Assembly (NCBI GenBank): GCA_035540215.1 | Contig: DATLIA010000372.1 | Coordinates: 3,582-67,581 of the forward strand | DNA length: 64,000 nt | Direction of reading: 5' to 3' | DNA from: Actinokineospora sp. | GTDB taxonomy: Bacteria; Actinomycetota; Actinomycetes; Mycobacteriales; Pseudonocardiaceae | Part shown: positions 56,782-64,000 of the stretch, piece after piece | How positions within the stretch are numbered: position 1 is the first letter of the stretch | How the letters are laid out: the number at the start of each line of letters is the position of its first letter | Position numbers and translations under genes: made by a program | Notes under the pieces: generated by a model | The model's input: only the letters and a program-made list of their open reading frames with translations | Told to the model about the DNA's origin: nothing | The model's database searches: none

Positions 56782-58539
56782 TTATTCGGCTTTCGCCAGT
56801 GACAGCGCGAACCGCCCCTCAGCGTCGGTCCACCAGTTCGACAACGCGAACCCCGCGGTGGAAAGTTCCTCGGCGACACGCTCGCGGCGGAACTTGGCCG
56901 AGATCTCCGTGCGCATCTCCTCGCCCTCGGCGAATGACACGTCGAGGTCCAGGGCCGCGATCCGCACGTCTTGGGCGCGGGTCGAGCGCAGGCGCATCTC
57001 GATCCACTCGTTCTCCGCGTCCCACAACGCCACATGCTCGAACGCGTCGACGTCGAAATCGGCGTCGAGTTCGCGATTCAGCACGTGCAGCACGTTCTTG
57101 TTGAAGTCCGCCGTCACCCCAGCCGCGTCGTCATACGCGGCGACGACCGTGGCCTCGTCCTTCACCAGATCGGTCCCCAGCAACAGCCACTCCCCCGGTT
57201 TGAGAACATCCCGCACCGAGGCCAGGAACCGGGCCCGCTCGGCGGGCAGCAGGTTGCCGATCGTGCCGCCGAGGAACGCGACGAGCCGGGCCGGTTCGCC
57301 AGGGAGCAGGTCCAGGTGCTCAGTGAAGTCACCGACCACCCCGTTGACTTGCGCCCTCGGGTACTCCGAGCTCAGCGCGGCCGACGCCTCGCGCAGAGCC
57401 GACTCGGACACGTCGAGCACGACGATCTGGCTGAGCGTCTCGTGCAGGGAGTCCAGCAGCAGCCGGGTCTTCTCCGACGAACCGGATCCCAGCTCCACCA
57501 GCGTGTGCGCACCCGTCTCGGCCGCGATCTCGCGGGCCCGCGTCGCCAGGATCTCGCGTTCGGCGCGGGTCGGGTAGTACTCGGGCAGGCGGGTGATCTG
57601 CTCGAACAGCTCGCTGCCGCGCGCGTCGTAGAACCACTTGGGCGGCAAGGACTTCGGCGACGCGGTCAGTCCGGTCAGGACGTCAGCGGCCAGCGAGCGG
57701 GCGGCGTGGTCGTCGGGCAGGTGGACGTCCACCACGGCTGCGGTCAAGTTCGCTGGACTCGTGTTCACCGCGGTCATACTCTCTGGATTCCCCTCAAGCG
57801 AAGTGTCCAGGGCGCGCACACGCACCTGGTCGAGCGTGGCGGCCACCAGCAGGCCATCGCCAAGTGACTGCCACTCCGGCGAGTCGTCCCATGGCTCGGA
57901 GGCCAGGACCACGGAATCGCCGGTGTGCCGGACGGACAGCGAGTGCCACCAGGTGGTGGCGTAGAGCGTGTGCCCGTCGGTGAGCAGGAAGTTGAGTCGG
58001 GAGTCGGGCGCGAGCGCGCCGATCGTGTTCGCCAGGTCGGCCAGCACGTCGCCCGGGTCGGCGCCGGAGCGGATCCGGTGCCGCACCAGCGCCCAGACGA
58101 ACGCGCTGTCGGTCGGTGCGTCAAGGGTCATCAAGTCCACTGTGGGCAGTTCGTCGGCGAGGCCCACCACGCTGTGCGGCCAGCCGGTGACCCGGCCGTT
58201 GTGACTGAACAGCCACTCGCCGTCGGTGAACGGCGCGCAGGCCGCGTCGCAGACCGGCATGCCGGTGGTCGCCGAGCGGACCGCGGCGACGACGGCCGTG
58301 CTGGTCACACTCGCGGCCACCCCGGCGAACGCCTCGTCCGTCCACATCGGAACCGCGCGCCGGTAGCGGACCACGGAGCCGTCCACGTACCAGCCGACGC
58401 CGAACCCGTCGACGTTGACCGACCCGCCGCCGCGCATGTCGGCGGGTGCCCACGCCTGTCTGCGCAGCCCGGCGGGCGGGTCGAACAGCAGGCTGGCCAA
58501 GGACACGGCGGGGCCCAGGTAACCCAGATGGCGGCACAT
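56782..58539 (-). CDS. egtCD: In-frame EgtC-EgtD fusion (amidohydrolase plus histidine N-alpha-trimethyltransferase)
   Basis: N-terminal MCRHLGY, DGFGVGW, SHNG, ASEP (EgtC). From M255 (57777): PPKWFYD, EYYPTRAE, ELGSG, TIGN, TEISAKF (EgtD). No stop codon between them. Confidence 0.9.
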   Translation of the reverse strand: MCRHLGYLGPAVSLASLLFDPPAGLRRQAWAPADMRGGGSVNVDGFGVGWYVDGSVVRYRRAVPMWTDEAFAGVAASVTSTAVVAAVRSATTGMPVCDAACAPFTDGEWLFSHNGRVTGWPHSVVGLADELPTVDLMTLDAPTDSAFVWALVRHRIRSGADPGDVLADLANTIGALAPDSRLNFLLTDGHTLYATTWWHSLSVRHTGDSVVLASEPWDDSPEWQSLGDGLLVAATLDQVRVRALDTSLEGNPESMTAVNTSPANLTAAVVDVHLPDDHAARSLAADVLTGLTASPKSLPPKWFYDARGSELFEQITRLPEYYPTRAEREILATRAREIAAETGAHTLVELGSGSSEKTRLLLDSLHETLSQIVVLDVSESALREASAALSSEYPRAQVNGVVGDFTEHLDLLPGEPARLVAFLGGTIGNLLPAERARFLASVRDVLKPGEWLLLGTDLVKDEATVVAAYDDAAGVTADFNKNVLHVLNRELDADFDVDAFEHVALWDAENEWIEMRLRSTRAQDVRIAALDLDVSFAEGEEMRTEISAKFRRERVAEELSTAGFALSNWWTDAEGRFALSLAKAE

Positions 58540-58540
58540 G

Positions 58541-59854
58541 TCAGCCGTCCTCGCCCGGGCGCGGGTCTCTCGCGCATCTGAAGCCCGCGAAGATCTGCCT
58601 GCGGATCGGGTGGTCCCAGTTGCGGAACGTGCCCCGCACCGCCGACGCGTCCGTGCCGAACGAGCCGCCGCGCAGCATCTTGTAGTCGCCGCCGAAGAAC
58701 ACCTCGGAGTACTCCTTGTACGGGAACGCGGCGAACCCTGGGTAGGCGTGGAAGCCGGAGTCGACCCACTCCCACACGTCGCCGATCAGCTGGCGCACGC
58801 CCAGCGGCGACTCGCCCGCCGGGTACGACCCGACCGGAGCGGGGCGCAGGTGCCGCTGGCCGAGGTTGGCGTGCTCGGCACCCGGATCCTCGTCGCCCCA
58901 CGGGTAGCGCCGGGACCGGCCGGTGGCCGGGTCGAAGCGGGCCGCCTTCTCCCACTCCGGCTCGGTGGGCAGCCGCTTGCCCGCCCAGCGCGCGTATGCG
59001 TCGGCCTCGTGGAAGCACACGTGCACTACGGGCTCGTCGAACGGGACCGGCTCGACCACGCCGAAGCGCGTGCGCACCCAGCGGTCGCCGTCGCGCTCCC
59101 AGAACCGGGGTGCGACCAGCTTGGCCTTGTTCCGGTGCGCCCAGCCCGCCTCGCTCCACCAGCGCGCGTCGTCGTAGCCGCCCGCGTCGATAAACGCCAG
59201 GTAGTCGCCGTTGCTGACCGGCACGGTGTCGACGAAGAACGCGTCGACGTGGGTTCGGAACGCGGGACGCTCGTTGTCCAGCGCCCACGGCTCGGTCGAG
59301 GTGCCCATGGTGAACTCGCCACCGGGCACCAGCACCTCCGGCCGCGCGGGCGGCGTGGCGGGCCCTGGATCGGGGGCGGTGAGCACCGGCGCGCCGAGCC
59401 GCAGCTGGTGGGTGGCCAGCATGGTCTCGTCGTGCTGCTGCTCGTGCTGGACGATCATGCCGAAGGCGAAGCCGTGGTCGGTGAGCGGCGAACCCTCGAA
59501 CGGCACGCGGTCGAGCACGTCGAACACCTTGTCGCGCACCTCCCGCACATAGCCGCGGGTCTCGGACGGCGAGAGCAGCGGCAGCGCGGGGCGGTCGGCC
59601 CTGGCGTGCTGGAAAGCGTCGTAGAGGTGGTCGATGTCCGAGCGGACGGGCTCGCGCCCGCCCACGTCGCGCACCAGCCACAGTTCTTCCTGGTTGCCGA
59701 TGTGCGCCAGGTCCCACACTAGCGGCGACATCAGTTTCGAGTGCTGGCGGACGAGGTCGTCCTCGTCGACGGCCTCGGTGAGCGCGGTGCTGCGCTCGCG
59801 GGAGCGCCGCAGCTGCTCGGCGACCCGGCCGCGCAGGTCCTCGGTGCTGGTCAC
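58541..59854 (-). CDS. egtB: Ergothioneine sulfoxide synthase EgtB
   Basis: SPLVWDLAHI, HEQQH.E, FGE-like domain, RNWDHPIRRQIFAGFRC. Confidence 0.95.
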   Translation of the reverse strand: MTSTEDLRGRVAEQLRRSRERSTALTEAVDEDDLVRQHSKLMSPLVWDLAHIGNQEELWLVRDVGGREPVRSDIDHLYDAFQHARADRPALPLLSPSETRGYVREVRDKVFDVLDRVPFEGSPLTDHGFAFGMIVQHEQQHDETMLATHQLRLGAPVLTAPDPGPATPPARPEVLVPGGEFTMGTSTEPWALDNERPAFRTHVDAFFVDTVPVSNGDYLAFIDAGGYDDARWWSEAGWAHRNKAKLVAPRFWERDGDRWVRTRFGVVEPVPFDEPVVHVCFHEADAYARWAGKRLPTEPEWEKAARFDPATGRSRRYPWGDEDPGAEHANLGQRHLRPAPVGSYPAGESPLGVRQLIGDVWEWVDSGFHAYPGFAAFPYKEYSEVFFGGDYKMLRGGSFGTDASAVRGTFRNWDHPIRRQIFAGFRCARDPRPGEDG

Positions 59855-61077
59855 GACGTCCTCCCGGTGGCGCGGTCATGCAGGCGGTGCAGGTCGGTGG
59901 TGATGAGATGCCGGTATTCCGGTCTCAGCCCCATCCGGTCGACGGCGGGCCCGGCGACCTCCAGCAGCGCGCGGGCGGCGGCTGCGATGGGTGCGTCGAG
60001 CAGGCCGTGCATGGCGGCCTCGACCCAGCGGTCGGCGACCGGCGCGCACACCCCGGCCACGGCGTCGACGGTGGCACGGTCGGCGGTGAGCGCGGTGATC
60101 AACGCCGCCGGGGTGATCCAGCCCGACCCCGGCTGGGCATCGAGGTAGCGCACCTCGAAGTAGCCCTGCGGCCGGACGGCCGGGAACAGCGTGGAGATGT
60201 GGTAGTCCAGGTCGGCGGTGGTGGGCGCCTCCGGCAGAGCCCCGGCGACCCAGTCGGCGAAGGTCACCCCGGGCGGGGCGTCCCAGCAGTCCCCTGGCCC
60301 CCGCACGCACAGCAGCGGCGTGTCGAGGACGTGCCTGGTCCAGGTCTCGATCGGGTCGTCGGACAGTGGGAGCGGCGTGGTCCTGGCCGGGTCGCAGCCG
60401 AACACCGCGCGGGCGCGGGCCGAGGCCCAGCCCGTCGGGTGGCCCGCCAGTTCCGGGGAGTTCGCGAACAGCGCGAGGAGCACCGGGCCCATCGACGTGA
60501 TCGCGTTCCAACGCGCGGGCACGTCCTCCGGTTCACCGACGTCGACGCAGACCTGCAGGCCCGCCGTCGCGCACATCATGGCGATGCCGTCGGGCCCGAT
60601 CGGCTCGAAGGCGCGCTCCATCGCCGCGTAGCGGGGGGTGTCGAGGACCCGACATGGGGTCCGGAACGGATCGGTTCCCCGGGCACCCAGTTCCAGGCCC
60701 GCCGCGTCGAGCAGCCGGGCGAGGTGGTGGTGGTCGGCGATCACCGCGTCGAGCAGGTGGTCGAACCGGGGGGCGGGCAGGGATGAGATCTCCACTTGGC
60801 CGCCTGGCTCCACTGTCACCGGGGATCCGGCGGGGAGCGGCAGTTGGGGACTGTCGGGGTCGAGCGTGCGGGGCGTGTGTGGCCCCAGGGCACCGGCCAG
60901 GTCGGCCGGGTCGAGTCGGCGTCGGGGATCGTCGCGATGGTGGACGGTCCATTCAAGCTCGACGCCCACCAGGTTCGGTGGGCCGTGCTTGAAACACACC
61001 GAGGCGACGTACGCCTCGGCTTCCACGCGGGCCCGTAACCGCTTTCCGTCGGGCCCGGTGGTCTCCGGTTCACGCAA
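59851..61077 (-). CDS. egtA: Glutamate-cysteine ligase EgtA
   Basis: VGVELE, TVEPGGQVEIS, LFANSP, EVRYLD; first gene of the egt operon. Confidence 0.92.
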   Translation of the reverse strand: MREPETTGPDGKRLRARVEAEAYVASVCFKHGPPNLVGVELEWTVHHRDDPRRRLDPADLAGALGPHTPRTLDPDSPQLPLPAGSPVTVEPGGQVEISSLPAPRFDHLLDAVIADHHHLARLLDAAGLELGARGTDPFRTPCRVLDTPRYAAMERAFEPIGPDGIAMMCATAGLQVCVDVGEPEDVPARWNAITSMGPVLLALFANSPELAGHPTGWASARARAVFGCDPARTTPLPLSDDPIETWTRHVLDTPLLCVRGPGDCWDAPPGVTFADWVAGALPEAPTTADLDYHISTLFPAVRPQGYFEVRYLDAQPGSGWITPAALITALTADRATVDAVAGVCAPVADRWVEAAMHGLLDAPIAAAARALLEVAGPAVDRMGLRPEYRHLITTDLHRLHDRATGRTS

Positions 61078-61211
61078 TGCGGTCAGGAGGGATCACCCCT
61101 TCGTCCATGCCTCCGAACGGCCTGAAATCGAAGCTACACGCGGCCACCGACAGTCGCACGACGCCAGATTGCCGTCGTAAGAGACTGTTTATGGACTCGT
61201 GGAGTGATACC

Positions 61212-61227
61212 CAATACGTACGTACGG
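61212..61227. promoter_or_regulatory. Second, degenerate AcnR-like box
   Basis: CAATACGTACGTACGG, 2 mismatches to CAGNACnnncGTACTG, located between divergent egtA and acnR. Confidence 0.5.
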
Positions 61228-61263
61228 ATTGCTTCCGGTCGGTCCGACTGACACCATCGACCG

Positions 61264-61857
61264 GTGCCCAGAGTTAGCCAGGACCATCTCGACGCGCGCC
61301 GCCGCCAGATCCTCGACGGGGCGCGGTCCTGTTTCGCGCGCCACGGCTACGAGGGCGCGACCGTGCGCCGTCTGGAAGAGGCTACCGGGTTGTCCCGCGG
61401 CGCGATCTTCCACCACTTCCGCGACAAGGAGTCACTGTTCCTCGCGCTGGCCGAGGACGACGTGCTCCGGATGACCGACGTCGTGGCCAGGCAGGGTCTG
61501 GTGCAGGTCATGCGCGACCTGCTCGCGGGCCCGACCGACGCCGATGGCGAGACCCCGGCCGACTGGCTGGGCACCCGGCTGGAGGTCTCGCGCAGGCTGC
61601 GCACCGACCCCGAGTTCCGGGCGAGATGGGCCGAGCGGTCCGAGCAGCTCACCGTCGCCACCCGCAACCGCCTGCTCCGCCAGCGCGAGGCGGGCAAGCT
61701 GCGCGACGACGTGGACGTGACGGTGCTCACCGCGTTCCTGGAGCTGGTGTTGGAGGGCGTGGTCTCACATCTGGCCATGGGCCTGCCCGCCGACGACCTG
61801 GAGCCGGTGCTCGATCTGGTGGAGGAAACGGTCCGCCGACACCGCCGCGCGGGATAA
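61264..61857 (+). CDS. acnR: TetR family regulator, AcnR/Rv1474c ortholog
   Basis: MPRVSQDHLDARRRQILDGAR..F...GY..ATVRRLE...G.SRGAIFHHFRDK, closely resembling Rv1474c. Confidence 0.82.
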   Translation: MPRVSQDHLDARRRQILDGARSCFARHGYEGATVRRLEEATGLSRGAIFHHFRDKESLFLALAEDDVLRMTDVVARQGLVQVMRDLLAGPTDADGETPADWLGTRLEVSRRLRTDPEFRARWAERSEQLTVATRNRLLRQREAGKLRDDVDVTVLTAFLELVLEGVVSHLAMGLPADDLEPVLDLVEETVRRHRRAG

Positions 61858-62008
61858 GCGCGCGAAAACCCGGTCGGGTTCCCTAGAATGGGGACCAGTA
61901 AGTACGTGATTGACGAGGAGTGCAGTTCACCGTGCGCAAAGCGCAGTCCCCGGGTCGCAGTAGCGGGCCGGGAGAGAGTCCCGGCGACCATACCGACCCG
62001 GAAGCCGG

Positions 62009-63346
62009 GTGCCACCCCCGGTGACCGGACCCTTGCTCAGCGTCCTCGGTCTGCTGGCCGTCGCCGCCCTCACGCTCGGAACGGCGCTCTTCGTCGCGGC
62101 CGAGTTCTCCCTGACCACACTCGAACGCAGCCAGGTCGACCACCACGTCGCCCTGGTCGGTGACCGGCGGGCGCATGCCATCGCCAAGGCGCACCGGACG
62201 CTGTCGTTCCAGCTCTCCGGCGCCCAGCTCGGCATCACGATCACCACGCTGATCACCGGCTACATCGCCGAGCCCGCCATCGCCGAGCTGATCGAGCCGC
62301 TGCTGACCCTGGTCGGCCTGCCCGCCGGGGCGGCGGACGCGGTGTCGATCGTCTTCGCGCTGCTGCTGGCGACATCGCTGTCGATGGTGTTCGGCGAACT
62401 GGTGCCGAAGAACCTGGCCATCGCCAAGCCGCTGGCCACCGCGCGGGCCGTCGCCGGTTCGCAGGCGGTGTTCTCATCGGGCCTGCGCTGGCTGATCAAC
62501 GCGCTCAACGGGTCCGCCAACTGGATCGTGCGGCGCCTGGGCGTCGAGCCGCAGGAGGAACTGCGCTCGGCCCGCTCGCCGCAGGAACTGGGCAGCCTGG
62601 TCCGCTCCAGCGCCGCGCTCGGCACGCTCGACACCGGCACCGCCACGCTGCTGAGCCGGTCGCTGCGTTTCGGCGACCGCACGGCCGACGAGCTGATGAC
62701 CCCGCGCGTGCAGGTGCAGGCGCTGCGGGCCGACGCGACGGTGGTCGATCTGATCGAGCTTTCGCGGGCCACCGGCTACTCCCGCTTCCCGGTCTACGGC
62801 GGCGATCTCGACGAGATCCGCGGCGTCGTGCACGTCAAGCAGGTGTTCAGCGTGCCGACCGCGCAGCGGGCGACCACCAAGGTGTCCGCGCTGGCCAGGC
62901 TGGTGCCCACGGTGCCGGAGACCCTCGACGGCGACGTGCTGCTCGACCGGCTGCGCGGCTCCGGCCTGCAGGTGGCCATCGTGGTCGACGAGTACGGCGG
63001 CACCGCCGGGCTCGTCACCCTGGAGGACCTGATCGAGGAGATCGTCGGCGACGTGCGCGACGAGCACGACCGCGGCGAGGTCAACCCGGTCCGCCCGCTG
63101 GGCAAGGAGAGCTGGATGGTCTCGGGGCTGCTGCGCGACGACGAGCTGGCCGAGGCGACCGGGCTGCGGATGCCGCGCGGCGAGTACGAGACCGTCGCGG
63201 GCTTCGTGCTGACCAGGCTGGGCCGGATCCCGTCGGTCAACGACGAGATCCGCTATGACGGCTGGCGGATCACGGTGATGCGGATGGACCGTCACCGGGT
63301 CGCCGAGCTGCGCGTGGCCAAGGTGCAGAAGGAGGTGTCGACATGA
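62009..63346 (+). CDS. CNNM/CorC-HlyC family (DUF21-CBS-CorC) membrane protein
   Basis: FVAAEFSL, AQLGIT, FGELVPK, YSRFPV, VDEYGG..G.VTLED. Start may be GTG 62021. Confidence 0.92.
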   Translation: MPPPVTGPLLSVLGLLAVAALTLGTALFVAAEFSLTTLERSQVDHHVALVGDRRAHAIAKAHRTLSFQLSGAQLGITITTLITGYIAEPAIAELIEPLLTLVGLPAGAADAVSIVFALLLATSLSMVFGELVPKNLAIAKPLATARAVAGSQAVFSSGLRWLINALNGSANWIVRRLGVEPQEELRSARSPQELGSLVRSSAALGTLDTGTATLLSRSLRFGDRTADELMTPRVQVQALRADATVVDLIELSRATGYSRFPVYGGDLDEIRGVVHVKQVFSVPTAQRATTKVSALARLVPTVPETLDGDVLLDRLRGSGLQVAIVVDEYGGTAGLVTLEDLIEEIVGDVRDEHDRGEVNPVRPLGKESWMVSGLLRDDELAEATGLRMPRGEYETVAGFVLTRLGRIPSVNDEIRYDGWRITVMRMDRHRVAELRVAKVQKEVST

Positions 63347-63420
63347 GCGAGCCTGCGAGCGAATCATTGACACAGTGTTCTTGCGAGTGGAGCCACCGAG
63401 TAGCCGAGGTGGCCGCATGA
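63343..63420 (+). repeat. MIRU-like 78-bp intergenic unit encoding a 25-aa coupling ORF
   Basis: Bounded by ATGA at both ends (63343-46, 63417-20). ORF MSEPASESLTQCSCEWSHRVAEVAA, own GAGGT SD, non-host codon usage. Confidence 0.65.
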
Positions 63421-64000
63421 GTGACGTCCTCGCACTTCTGGTGACGATTCTTCTGTTGCTTGGCAACGGTTTCTTCGTCGGCGCCGAGTTCGCCATCATC
63501 ACCGCGCGCCGCGACCGGCTGGAGGCGCTGGCCCGCGAGGGCCGCACCAGGGCGGCCGTGGCGATCGAGGCGGGCCGGGAGCTGCCGCTGCTGATCGCGG
63601 GCGCGCAGCTGGGCATCACGGTCTGCTCGCTCGGCCTGGGCGCGCTGTCGGAGCCGGTGATCGCGGGTCTGCTGGAGGCGCCGTTCCACTCCCTCGACAT
63701 CCCGCCCGCGGTGCTGCACGGGGTCGCGTTCGCGCTGGCGCTGGGCATCGTGGTCACCCTGCACACGGTGATCGGCGAGATGGTGCCGAAGAACCTGGCC
63801 ATCGCCGGTCCGGAGGGCGCCGCGATGGCGCTGGTGCCGGTCCACTTCGCGTTCTGCAAGTTGGTCCGCCCGCTGCTCGGCCTGTTCACGGTGGCGTCGA
63901 CGTTCGTGCTCAAGGCGTTCAAGGTCGAGCCGAAGGACGAGTTGGAGAGCGCCTACACCCCGGACGAGCTCGCCACCCTCATCGCCGAGTCGCGGCGCGA
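63417..64000 (+). CDS. Second CNNM/hemolysin-family protein, 5' part only
   Basis: Manual translation MSDVLALLVTILLLLGNGFFVGAEFAII...AQLGIT...GEMVPKN; runs off the window. Confidence 0.9.
   Translation, partial: MSDVLALLVTILLLLGNGFFVGAEFAIITARRDRLEALAREGRTRAAVAIEAGRELPLLIAGAQLGITVCSLGLGALSEPVIAGLLEAPFHSLDIPPAVLHGVAFALALGIVVTLHTVIGEMVPKNLAIAGPEGAAMALVPVHFAFCKLVRPLLGLFTVASTFVLKAFKVEPKDELESAYTPDELATLIAESRR

Noticed and set aside
61859-61872. 13-bp match (CGCGCGAAAACCC) to the interior of the 22.6-kb palindrome
   Set aside because: Too short and lacks the terminal arms; may be chance.

Overview
High-GC actinobacterial chromosomal segment, most likely Pseudonocardiaceae (inferred from gene content and style, not from a database search). 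The backbone follows the conserved acnR/acnA-ripA-moxR-DUF58-VWA-fabG-inhA-ferrochelatase neighbourhood known from M. tuberculosis Rv1474c-Rv1485, here interrupted by many accessory genes. It also carries an ergothioneine operon (egtA, egtB and an in-frame egtC-egtD fusion), a terC gene with a yybP-ykoY riboswitch, and several secreted hydrolases including a cutinase/PETase-family enzyme. The best candidates for undescribed biology are: (1) a tandem pair of membrane-anchored TIR-DUF2510-TM-ectodomain proteins in which one keeps the catalytic Glu and the other has Ala at the same position, located near an SF1 helicase-PLD gene and a DnaJ-NERD gene; (2) an unlisted 59-aa secreted Cys-loop peptide behind a TrmB/LuxR-type regulator; (3) a TipA-like MerR whose drug-binding domain is replaced by a methyltransferase; (4) a family of covarying palindromic intergenic elements and a MIRU-like translational-coupling insert. 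No rRNA, tRNA, CRISPR array, integrase or transposase was recognised. All family assignments come from motif recognition by eye.
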